NCBI GenBank assembly: GCA_002189035.1
Contig: CM007989.1
Coordinates: forward strand, 1,860,001-1,924,000
Direction of reading: 5' to 3'
DNA from: Utricularia gibba
Taxonomy: Eukaryota; Plantae; Magnoliophyta
DNA length: 64,000 bases
The notes under the pieces were generated by a model, which was not told the DNA's origin, searched no databases, and saw only the letters and a list, made by a program, of their open reading frames with translations. The position numbers and the translations under genes are program-made. Positions 28,701 through 40,862 of the stretch are shown piece by piece. Position 1 is the first letter of the stretch; each line of letters begins with the position of its first letter.

Positions 28701-29777
28701 CAGGTTCCTGGAAATCTTATTATATCCGCTCGTTCAGCCTCCCACTCTTTTGATGCTACTCAGATGAACATGTCGCATTCTATTTCTCACTTTTCTTTTG
28801 GTAAAAAAATCACTCCTCGGGTGATGAGTGACTTGAAGCGCTTGCTGCCACATATTGGCCAAAGTCATGATCGCTTGAATGGCTATTCTTATGTTAGTAA
28901 CCCCAGCGATTCTAAAGTCAACGTGACTGTAAGCTCCCTTCTGTTACTGTCGCCTTCTAACGTATTAAACTTGCAGAGCTATTTGCATGTGGATTTTGCA
29001 ATTACCTAGGAGGCGTCTTGTAAATGCAAATGTTGGGACCAAAGTAGCTGTTAAATTAATGGAATTACTTATTAGGAGCAACTATTTTTTTCAAATGAAA
29101 TTAATTACAATGCTGTTAGTAGATCTTTCTTCCTTATTTTCCCTCTAAAATCTAACTCTGATATTAAAATCCGTGTTGCTGATTTGTATATCAATGGTAG
29201 TATTTGCCATTAAACCTTTCAATTTGTACTCCTGGTTGAATCCATATTTACGAAACTGTTACAGTAAACAAAATAACTATCTTCAATGTGTTTCAGATTG
29301 AGCACTATCTTCAAGTTGTGAAAACGGAGGTGCTGACAAGATCTTATAAGTTAGTTGAGGAGTACGAGTACACTGCACATAGCAGTTTGGTTCACAGCCT
29401 TCACATCCCTGTGGCGAAATTTCATTTCGAGCCTTCACCAATGCAGGTAATTGGCATATGTTTTCCTATTGTGAAATACCTTGTCGATTCCATTCATTCG
29501 CCCGCAGCTCATGATTGTTTTGGCAATGCAGGTCCTAATTACTGAAACCTCAAAGTCATTCTCCCATTTCATTACCAATGTCTGTGCCATTATTGGGGCG
29601 TATTCACGGTTTGTAACTGTTCTCAGACAACATTTCTCGCCAAGTAGTTGTGTGTCCTTAAAATTGCTAAGCTCTCGGTTTTGTGATGCGATTGCTCAGG
29701 TTGCTGGTATTTTGGATTCCATTCTGCACAACTCTCTTAGGCTGATAAAGAAAGTCGAGTTAGGGAAGAACTTTTGA
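25733..29777 (+). CDS. PDIL5-4: Protein disulfide isomerase-like 5-3/5-4 (ERGIC/Erv46 domains plus a thioredoxin domain with WCYWS); apparent frameshift at ~29595
   Basis: MVSTSKIKSVDFYR|KIPRDLTEASLSGAGLSII, FPALSCEFASVDVSDVLGT, APWCYWS, GGCRIEGFVRVKKVPGN and VAGILDSILHNSLRLIKKVELGKNF*. Confidence 0.95.
26495..26551. repeat. Two-copy 27-nt tandem repeat in a PDIL5-4 intron; each copy forms a 9-bp hairpin
   Basis: TGATGATCACTTGTCTCT(G/C)AATACAAG x2. ATCACTTGT pairs with ACAAGTGAT. Confidence 0.85.
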
Positions 29778-30231
29778 TAGACTCCTGAAATGCCGCGGAA
29801 GCCATGTCGTCTTTAGGAGAAAAGGTAAAAACTGTTGGTTCAAGTTTCATCATTCGGATTCGGAGATAATGGTTAATTTTTTGTTACATTTCATGTTTCG
29901 AATCGGAAGTGTTGGATGAGAGCAAAGCACTTGTTTCCATCTGGCCATTATTTTCGTACCCAGATAAACTTCACCCGGATTCGCCACTAAAACTAAGTAC
30001 AAGACTATTGATTTCACGGCCAGTTTGTCGGATCACTGAAGGAAGAACTGTGAAGAGTGTTTTATTTAACGAGATTTTCTCATCATTAGATGTAACGCCA
30101 GAGAAATAATATATAAAAAAAATATGTAAGATTCCGGGGTTGTGTACGGGCGACAAAAGAGCCCATGATTCTAACAATGAGGTGCTTGTGCCGGAAAACG
30201 AAGATAGGGATCATGGTTACAATCTATCTAC

Positions 30232-33200
30232 CTACCTACGACCCCTGCTTCCACCTGCACTCCTAAAGCGTCTCTTGGAGAAGCTTCTTTTTGGAAGCCC
30301 TTCCCCTTGTTTGGCCGTGGCTACACTACCCGAGGTGTTCTGATTCTGATATGCTGCCACAATCGCCTGCTGCTGCTGCTGGTGCTGGTTGGGAGCGGGC
30401 TCCATCGCTGGCCGGTTGTTCATAGAGCTGATCTCTGTAGTGCTAACCGACAATGCAAGGGCATCTATGGGCTCCGAGAACGATGATATTCCTGTCATTC
30501 CGTCGTATGACAGACTGCAGGCAATAGCAAAAAGCGAGGCACCAAGAAGCTCGGGGAGAACTTGCTCGGGATGTTTTACCTGATCATCATCATCATCATC
30601 ATATGTTGTCCGGGAAAAGAACACACTTTGTGAATGTGTTTATATGGCAAGGAAAGGCGATGCATGAGGAAGGTGCGAAAAGGGTTGTAGTTACCTTGAA
30701 CATGATCGCCGCAGCGAGCCTCTCCCTCAGACAGTAAATCTGAGCCGCATCGAGAGCAGTGGACTCAAATGAAAGCCACTTATCAGCAATAATTGTGACA
30801 GCATTTTCAGGCGACGACATAATTTTTTCACCATGGGGCAGATCATCTTTTCCATCATCACTGCCATCTTCATCCAGATCAATCTGGTCATCGTCATCAG
30901 CCTTCTCAGTCGGGGCCACCACAATCTCTGTTGCCAACAACAACAAGGGCAATGATCCAATCACACTGCAATTTCTGATGTACATCCCCCATCACCCCGG
31001 GTTATCTCATCAAATACGACCAAAGGTGATGGGGTACTCTTTTTGACAGGCAGATTATAGTTAGTTGAGCGGGGCTGCAGCCTCACCCTCTCTCTATTCA
31101 TAGTCTCTATGAGGATCCTCTTCCCACGGGAGACCACTCTTCCTACCATAGGGTAAAGACCAGCCGTAACAACTGCATGAAGTATTCCAGGGTCATGAGC
31201 ATTCAGGCTACAGCGAGATGCATTTTGTTCTATGAAACCATTTCGAGCCAACTCTGCTTCAAGTTGCTTACGCATCCTTGATAGCATTTCCAATGAACCT
31301 GAAGATAATAAATACTGTGAGCAAAAATTGTTTTCCTGGTTTCTTTCCTTGGCCATCTTCCAGCACTGAAAGGCAGCTATCATAGCTAGTTGGTCGCCTC
31401 TACCCCCATAACAGGAAGCAAGCTCCATTTTAGCAGCATCTGCTCTCTTTCTCTCATCAGGGTTCATGGGCAAAATAAACGGATCTTTGCAGTCAGAGGC
31501 ACAAGCCAATGTCAATGCAGGATCCAGACAGTTCAATAATATTGAAACAAGTAGCATCTTGCCGGTGGCTGGATGGACTGGAAGAGATCCAAGCTTCTTC
31601 CCAAGTTCTGTAAGTTGCTCATCACGTGAAAGCGCACCAATATCTTCAAGAGTGCTAATTGCATTGCGTATAGTCTCTTTGACAGGAGGGTCAATAGTCT
31701 TCTGCAAGAATTCTTCAATTTTCCAGGTTGGATCAATAAGCTTCACCTGCAGACATAGCTCATCTATTGGCATCCTCCTGATCTCCGGGATTTGGAATTC
31801 AGGCAGTGACGCAGCCCGAACTTTCGAATAAAGATGATAACAGAACCCAGGTTGGCACCTTCCTGCACGACCCTCTCTCTGCTTGGCATTGGCTTTTGAA
31901 ATCCAAGAAGATTGAAGTGTTGAGACATTGCTATAAGGATCATAACTTTTTTCTTTCATCCTACCACTGTCTATAACGTAAACAACATCATCAATGGTAA
32001 CGGATGTCTCTGCAATGTTTGTAGACAGAACAATCTTGCGGCAACCTGAAGGAGGGCGCAAGAAAACTTTCTTCTGCTCCACCAGGGGAACCATAGAGTG
32101 AAGTGGAAGAACCGAAAACTTGGTTCGCTCACGGAAAAATGGATTAGAAAGTAACCTCTCTCGCATTTTTTGGATATCATCCCAACCAGGAAGGAACACA
32201 AGAATGGCCCCATTGACTGATTCACTGCATATTCTCCTGAGTAGCTCTTCAACGAGAACACAGTCTACGAGTTCAGGGTCGACATTTGACAAGTATTTTT
32301 TGAGTAAGCTTTCCTCGGCAGAGTTCATAAATGCTTGCCTCATATGCTTTTCGATAATATCAGCAGCTTCTGCATGGTTTCCTTGTTGAGCATAATCAAA
32401 GGCTGTTTTCCCTGCGTTGCATTTTGCATGGAAGTCTACACCGAAAGATAAAAGCATACAAATATCTCCAACCCTTCCTTTCTGAGCAAATGCCATTAAT
32501 GGTGTCACCCCAGTTTTGGAATGTCTGTGATTGAAAACTTTTGAACCTCCTTCAGAAGATAAGTCCACGAGGGGATCAAAGTCAGAATTTGCAACAGCGC
32601 AGTCAATAGCCTCATCAAGAGCACATATAAATTCTTCAGTTAATGGAGAATCCCTTATGGTTTCATTATTTACACCGCTATCAAGATGATTGTTATCACT
32701 TGGTCTCAACATGAAGAGCACATCTTCTAGGTAGAAAGCTTTAACCTGAAAATGCAATTTTTGGGACTTGAGAACTTGTTCAACAAAACGAATTTATCAG
32801 TATTGCACAGGAGAATGAAACCTACAGGATAAGTAAAGCCTGGAACTCTGATGATTGGGCAGCCACCAAAGTACTCAGAAAAACGTTCGGCATCCATTGT
32901 TGCACTCATTAATACCTGCTCATATTGAAAATTGCTACTCAAATTTGCAGTCTAGATGACAGGTTATCTTTTTTTTCTAGCTTGCAATATATGCTTTTGT
33001 CTAAAACCATAACTGTCACTAACCAGCCGCAGATGAGGATATGAAATCAATATACTCCTGCAGATGAAATAAGAAGACTTGTATTATGAACCCAGTGGAA
33101 ATAGATAACAATGGTTATAAAGAGAAAACTGTTGGCACGTGCAAATAGAGGATGCATCAAATATAAAAAACTGCTGCTACCAAGGGGCATTCATAAAACC

Positions 33201-36200
33201 GTTCATAGAAAAGTTCTGGATTACTATCTACAAAAAATAAAAGAAAGAAAAAAAAAATAAAAGCTTTCAGGCCACATAAGCAAATATGCTTATAATGGCA
33301 TCGCACCTGATAAATGCAAGCATGAAATCAGAAAACCGATCCCTTTCGTGAATCTCGTCCTAAAAATTGTTGAAGAATGGTCAGATGCTGTACTTTTAAA
33401 AAAAGGCCACTAAAATATATCAGGGACTAGCAACAATGTAAGTTCATCATATCAGGACAATGAAAAAGAACTCCAATTTCTGTGAGGTGCGATAAATCTC
33501 ATGATGGAACGTTTGTTAGTTAATAGAAGAAACACAACTTGCACACATCGTATAATCCATTACAACAAGGAAAAAAGGACCTCTTGAAAAACTGGGTAGC
33601 ATAGTAGACCCATAATTCGTGGTACTTCAGCCAACTAGATATGAAACTCTGAAGGGAAAAAGGTAGTGCACAAGTAATAGCCTTACCACAATTATGTGTG
33701 TTATGTCCAGGATTCCATTTGGTGCTCTTTTTGATGCCTTTCTCTTGGTTCCTCTTTTTCCCCTATTCACTAGTATTCTAAGCAACATGCCATTTGTGCA
33801 GAAGACGAGAGAAGATTGCCTTCCTCCTTTGCTCTCTAGCCGAATCTAGAATTCAAAACCTCAACAGAGTTCACTAATCATCATTAAAATAAGAATAAGC
33901 ATACAGTCACACACAAAAAAGCACCTGAAACCATGAAATTATCAGCAGTCAGTGATACTATACCTTGTAACCAATAGAATCGCCAATATTTTCGCCCCTT
34001 TCTGATGCGACCCTTTCAGCTACTGCACTTCAAGCAGCATATGCATGTGATGAAATTCAAAATCTATTAAAAAGGGAAAAATAATCAAACATTTTTTTTA
34101 TACAGTATTTAAACCTGATGTAGCAGAGATTCTTCGTGGCTGAGTACAGACTATTTTACATGTCTCTCCTCGACTCCAAGCATTATCCAGTATAAATTGA
34201 GGGACCTATTTGATCAAGTAACGAGTATGTTATGACTTAGATTTTCTACTAGGAAAATAGACTTCTGGTGACAAAAAAATGCTGAAAACATGAGTGCCAA
34301 ATCGTCATACTAACTAAACATGTTAAATTATATCCTTTGAAATCAGGAACCACAACGCAAATTTAGGACTATCCACATGTTAAAGATCCATGAATGAGAT
34401 ACCACTCCAGCAGCTCAGAAGATTTTACATTTCAGTGCCCTAAAATCCAGGCCCAATAAACAAAACAATTCCTTCGGAGGTCAGGCGTTGAGAAATCTTG
34501 CATAGATTTCAATAGAATAAACATTACAAAGAAGACAAAAAGTTTGACAAGATAGATACCTGTGTGGTTTTCCCACATCCAGTTTCTCCACATATAAGCA
34601 CGACCTATTTTGGAAAAATACAGTAATCAGACAAAACTGTCAAAAAAGAAAAGGGCATTGTCATTTGGAACCACAAAACGCTGCATAATCCCAAAAATGG
34701 TGTTACAGAGTTTCAAGTCTATGTTCCATGAAGAAGGGAATTGTTTTTCTACAGTAGCTGTAAGAATTATTTTCAAAACGAACTTCAAAGAGTGGAGCAT
34801 TTCAGAATTTGAATAGCCCAACAGTTGAAGCTCAGAATATCTCTTCTGCAGAAAACAAAACCTGAGCAAGCATACAAGTTTCAAACAAAAAAAAAAGAAA
34901 ACCTGATGAGACTGGATAGTGGATATTATTTCATCCTTGAATGATGCAATCGGAAGTTTAGATGTCTTTTCTGCAATCTGAAAGAAATATTAAAATACTT
35001 CACTGATCAACAGCATTTCGAAACATGGATTAGCAGTACACAGAAATGTACATCAATGGTCAGTTATTTATGGCAACCTGTCTCAAACTTGCAGATTTCC
35101 TCATTTTTAAGGCACGCGACTCCACCTTATTTTCAATATCAGAGTCAGTCATTACTGGTCTTAAAAAAATATCATCTGTATTTATTTGTGCATTCTCATT
35201 TCTTTGGGCTAATTCTCCAACTCTGTTCCCAGTCATCTCAACTTCATCCGGTGGATAGTGAGAAAACAAATCTTGTAAAACAGCTCTTGTTTTTTCTGAA
35301 AATTTGAAAGTGGCAGATTTTTCCTCAGCATTCTTTGTCGATCTTGAGGATCCTTTAATCTTATAAGCAGATACACACCGTTGCTGCCCACGCCTATGAA
35401 TATGGATTCATTAGAATAGAAAAATAGTAATGCACACAACTTCAAAAGGCAGTGTCCATGGCCAGAAAATAATATAGCATGCAATGCTAAACAAAAAGAA
35501 AAATATTCGTGGAATTCTCATCATGGCTTACCCAGAACTTTTAGTTTTCATACCCATTCTCCTGCATAACGTATGAACCGCTGCTCGCTCAAAATTCGTA
35601 AGGTTGTCCTCAAATTTGTACACTGCATAATAAAATTTAAAAAATTATTTCAGAAAGTGTCGCCACGCACAAATGTTGCACGTATACTAGCCAACCAAAT
35701 AATGTCTTCATGCGCTTTTGTTAACTGTCAGATCTCGTAGATTGTATCAGAACCATTGCATTACAAAAATCAATCATGAAGGAAATATCTAATCGCAGGG
35801 TTTGTTAATAGAGTTTGCGGCGGCCCTTCATAAGTAGAAAACAGGGATTACATTCATGGGGAAAGGGTAGAAGCTTCTGAACATATATTTTCTTTTTGAG
35901 TACAACAGCCAAGCATAATTTTCATTCAGTATACGCTACAAGCATAACATAGTTCCGTGATGGCTGTTAAATTCAAGCATGAATCAACAGGAAGAAAATA
36001 TTGAACCCTATTGCTGAGGCATCATTTTTAATCACCAAGAAGAGAAATCAACGGCTAGAGCAACTGAGATGTGTAGGAAAAACCCATCACGCGCCATTCC
36101 AATTACATATACTACACGAATATGAGAGGCATACTAAAGCACGCACCTTCATCATTAGAAGCTCGAAACTGCTCGAGAATCCGCGTGATTCGAATTCGAG

Positions 36201-36285
36201 AGGATTCTGAAACCTTCGGAAACTCATTATTTCGCGATCCTTTCTTCCTGTTTCCTCCGTCCTTCGCCGACGAATCTGGACCCAT
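30232..36285 (-). CDS. DExH-box ATP-dependent RNA helicase (DExH6/HVT1/NIH-like: R3H, helicase, ankyrin insert, HA2, OB); apparent frameshift at ~30988
   Basis: First exon MGPDSS...[22 protein letters not shown]. Also [28 protein letters not shown], an ankyrin-like TGVTPLM segment, [26 protein letters not shown] and [12 protein letters not shown]. Confidence 0.93.
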
Positions 36286-37329
36286 TATTTATTCAGAAAC
36301 CTCCCGGTTACTTGCTACTCTTACTTGTTCCACGAATCAAAGTGGCGACTAAAAAGCTTGAGAGGATCGGAAATGGCGTCTCCTTAGGTTTCGTTTAGGG
36401 CGCTGCGCTGTTCCCTCCCTGCATGCCGTCAAACCTTTTTCCTTTCGTAATTTTTTTTTTTTTTTTTTTGCTTTACAAAAATTAAACAAATAATAAAACC
36501 ACATTATTCATTTTAAAAAAAATATTTTTATTTATTAATAATCTAATATCATTTATTATCTATATCAAGAATTCAAATCCCTTATATTTGCCAATAAATT
36601 TGTATTATAGTATATTTTCAGCTAAACATGCCTCATCAAATCTAATTAAATATTCAAAACAAATAATATCATAAAAAAAACGTAAAACTCGGCTCTTAAA
36701 ACCAATTTTATAAATATTTGTTCATTACAATAATAAAGTATTAATACAATTACTTACTAGTTAGGAAATTGTGTTCTTAGTGGAAGGATCAAGTCCTATA
36801 TTTTTCACGATAATGTTTTAAAATCGGATTCAATCTATTTTATGATTTTAGATTAACTTTTTTATAATAGATTAAATTGAATTATGTATTAAAAAAATAA
36901 AAATAATTATCTAAATTTAATTTTCTTTATACAAATTATTAAATCAAAACTGGGACTGAATGAAGCGTATTGGCAGCGGCAGGCTTTAAGGCTTCCTTGC
37001 TTCCTGCACCCGAAAGGGCTCCTCGCTCGGTACCAGCTTTACTGAGTTGCGAGTCCGCCGGAGGCATTCAGGTCTGGAGTTGTTAGGATCACGCTCATTA
37101 CCAAAGTTAAAGTGGGACAACTATCTTTTTGTTTTCTTGATCTGTAACCATGGATGCAGTTTCTGGTGCTCCGGCGACCCCAACATTCATTGTTATGCGA
37201 GCTTGTGTTTTGTGAATATGCTTTGGTGCAAATCATTTCATCAAAAAACTACTGTAAACCCAAACCTCAATTGCGGGACAACACACAGCACAAACAAATC
37301 ATAGTGAACAGAACGAAGAAGAAGAAGGA

Positions 37330-38506
37330 TTAGAGGTGATTGAGGGGGACGAGAATAGCGGGAAGCAAGACAGTGGGGAGTGATAGTGATCCCCATACCA
37401 TTACCCTCCTGTAGATGTAGTTTTAGTTGCCGCACTGCTACTCCTCTCGTCGGCAGCCGCGTGGGAATCTTGTGCGTGATGGGTGGAAAGCTCCCCTGGC
37501 TGCAGAACTTGGTCGATCTTGAAGATCGAGAGGGGTTTTGATCGATCAGTGTCCCTGTAATTGTCGCCGTGACGACTTGGGTTTGTAGCTTGACATCATC
37601 GCCGTCGTTTCGAATCGAAAAATCGAATCTTTTATCAGCTCCCTTTGTCGCCAGAGTGTTGGCAACGCCGTTGTTGGATCTGAGCTTTCCGAGGGAATTG
37701 TACACCGGCAAGCCATGGTAGAGAAGAAGCGACATTTTTGCATCGGCGGGGAGGGCCCTGTAGTTGGGCATGAAGGATTTGAGCTTCTCCCCTGAGGGGC
37801 AGAACAGCGTCAGCCCTCCTTGACGGAGGCTTTCCCTGAAGGCGTCTTCGACTCCTTTCTCCGCAGCAATAAGATCGGAAAAGTCCTTGCACCCCTGTTC
37901 TGCCATCACGTTCATCAAATCCGCAGTGACGGGCGCCGTGGCCTCTTCCTCCTCCTCCTCTTCAGCTTCAGGGGAGGAGAGAACGTGGCTGATCTGTATG
38001 ACCGCCAGGTCGTACGGCGATTCCTCCACGGAGTTAACGAAAGTGGCCATTGGTGGGTCGGAAGAGCGAAGACCAAGCGGCGAGAATCCGACCTTCCCCC
38101 CTTTGATATCTGTGATATTCACGTATCCAGAGGTCCCGTCGGCGTGTCCGCTGGCTTGAAACAGGGACGAGGTGGTGGTATACCCCTGCGTCATTTGGTG
38201 GAGCTTGCTGGCTCCGAAGTAGTCCGCGAAGATGTGAAGCGACAGAATGTTGGTAATGATGGCGAGAGAGAAGTTCTTGTTCAGGAGCTGGGTGTCCATG
38301 GCGGCGTTATCGACGACACAGACGGTGATAGTGCGTCGCCGGTTGATCTCGCCGGCGAGATGGGTGAGGGTGAGGTAGTGGTTGAAGGTTGAGAAGGAAG
38401 GATGTTGGCTCAGGATTTGGGTGATGTTATGGGCGTCGCACCCACGGCTGCCGCAACCCAAGAGAATCGCTACAACCACCGCCATCATCGTTGCTCGCCC
38501 CATCAT
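37330..38506 (-). CDS. FLA: Fasciclin-like arabinogalactan protein (FLA1/2-like, two FAS1 domains); C-terminus needs two 1-nt corrections
   Basis: Signal peptide, HNITQIL..HPSFSTFNHYLTLTHLAGEINRRRTITV, YDLAVIQISHVL and a second FAS1 domain (GGLTLFCP, LLLYHGLP). The corrected tail is hydrophobic and GPI-signal-like. Confidence 0.88.
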
Positions 38507-39825
38507 CTGGAACTGGAAGTGAGGCCAAGTCCGGGGAAGGGAAGCTTTAAGCAGTAGCGCTCAGACCAAATGCAAATACACCATGCTAGATACCTTGGCC
38601 AGGCTTTAAAAAGCAAAGCAGCGCACATGTGTAGTCACGTGACGCTTCCCGAAATAGAATAATCTCCCGAGCAAGTAAACCAATTCCTTTTGATAAAACA
38701 AAAACAACATTTATCTTGAATGTTAATTCAGTAAATTATAATTAAAGGTAATTTTATTAAATTACAATTCAACTATAATATTTACTTTGATTTAAATTTA
38801 ATTTTTTTTATTTTACAGTACGAAAGGTTTTTTACATGATTGATGGTTTATTAAACTTAAAATATTATAAAAAAGATTACTATGTGTTCAACGTCATGAA
38901 TTCATGGGAAAATGATTAAATTGATAATTAATTGTCATAAATTTTCAAAATTAAATCTGAACACTTGTTGTGTATCATATATTAAGCTAAAAATGATCAT
39001 TTTTATCATACGCATACCTATCTTTTATATGATACATAAGACCATAGACCAAACAAAAGTGTGTTGTTATTATTTTTTTATTTTTTGAATGGCAATATGT
39101 GGTTAGGTTTCTAGGAGAGTTAGATGCAAAAGAGCCCCCCAAAGTTACTACATTTTTCAAAATTGCCCCTTGAAATCAGGATGACATCAAATTTCTTTGT
39201 ATTTGAGATTTGAACACATTAAAATCAAAATATCGTTTAAATTTGAACTAGTTTCGAAATAATGTGCTATAGACAACACCAATCATAACGATTTGAAAGA
39301 TATTACATCCTAAGCATCAATAAACATTTTATAGTCGGGATAATTATGAGAAGGACTGCGGTAGAGATAGAGAAATTCTGAATTACCAGAAAATTGACAA
39401 CCACTACTCTTCTAATTCTCAATGTACCAAGAGTCATGTCTAAATGTGGACGGTTCGAAACTAACTTTAGAATGATTGGCTGTAACTAATATGAATCATC
39501 ACAGTTTAAAAAATATCATATCGTAAACAGTTCAATAAATTGAATTTGAAAAGTCTTCGTTCTACTCACATAAATTTCTAGATTGATCTAGAAACAATCA
39601 ACATATGACTTAATTTCTAAAATTGATAATTTGCATAATATCTAAATTAAAATATTTTTTTCAGATATTAATGCAACAGAATCAGGAGTAAATTTCGATG
39701 GGCTGGGGTCAACCCCGGTTGGGTAACGAATTGGATCCTGTAATCTTCGAATTTATATTATTTGGAAAAAAATATTTAATTAAAATCAAAATGGTTCCAA
39801 GAAGTCAAAGCGAGTGGGAGAGGCG

Positions 39826-39832
39826 CACGCGC
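39826..39832 (+). promoter_or_regulatory. FHY3/FAR1-binding site (FBS) motif CACGCGC upstream of the FHY3-like gene
   Basis: Exact CACGCGC at the start of the GC-rich, GA-repeat-containing proximal region. Confidence 0.45.
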
Positions 39833-40862
39833 TAGAGAGAGAGCGAGCGTGAGAGAACGGTGGAGGAGAGCGAGTGGAGAAACATCTTGGGAACCCTAAT
39901 CCCCAAATTTTGGGGGGAAAAATCATCGACTCGCCCAGACCTCGCGTGGATTTGCAGCTCCGATAAGAAAAACGGAAAAAAACTATAAAAATTTACAGGT
40001 ATTTTTCTTCTTCTTCTTTTTTGTTCTATAACGCAGACGCGCTGAGCACGTCCTTGTCTTCCTCCTCCTCCTATCTTTTCCACCTCCCGGGAGTCAGCTG
40101 GGCTACCACCACCGCAACTTCCCACTTGTAATTCTAATGGGAGATAATTTAATATTCTGTGTTTGCGGTGGTTTACAGGGGAATTTCTGCTTGATTCTGA
40201 AGTGTGTGGGTCAGTGGATCCGCACAATTCATTTTTCACCTGAAGTGATCGCGCTCTTTTTTATCACTAAAGCTATTCGCTTTTATTCTGGGAGACCAAG
40301 CTTATGGTTCAGTGGCTTCGGAGAATGTGGGATGTTGACTTTTTCGGTATCTTATTTTTCTCTTGCAGTACTGTATATTCTAGTGGCGCGTGTTAGTTTC
40401 TGCTACAGTACACATCTTAAACTGCTTCAGTTTTATGTCTCGGCGCTCTGATCCAAGTTTTGCAGCATGGAACGCGTTTTTTTATGATTAAGATGGTTTT
40501 TAGTGCGTTCAATTGCGTCAATTGGTTTTTTATGGTTGCCTCTGAAATGACTGAATTCACATTTTGACATTTGTTGCTTTATGTTCTTTCCCAGTGTAGG
40601 CACAATTCCAAATAATCGACTGTGTGTAAAAAAAGGGGGAGACCACCTTGTCAATGCTTGTAAAGGTACCATATGGATGCACGTCCGAGGTTCAATGTTT
40701 CGATACTCATGTAAATAATCTGATACCCATGACCGCCCACAACAGGTTTAAGTCTGTGGCATTGTGTAACTTCTACCTATGAAAGTTTTATATATTTTTT
40801 TTATTTTTTTTTTCAGATTTTCTCAAAAGAGAATTAACTGAAGAGCATCACCATTGTGTGAA

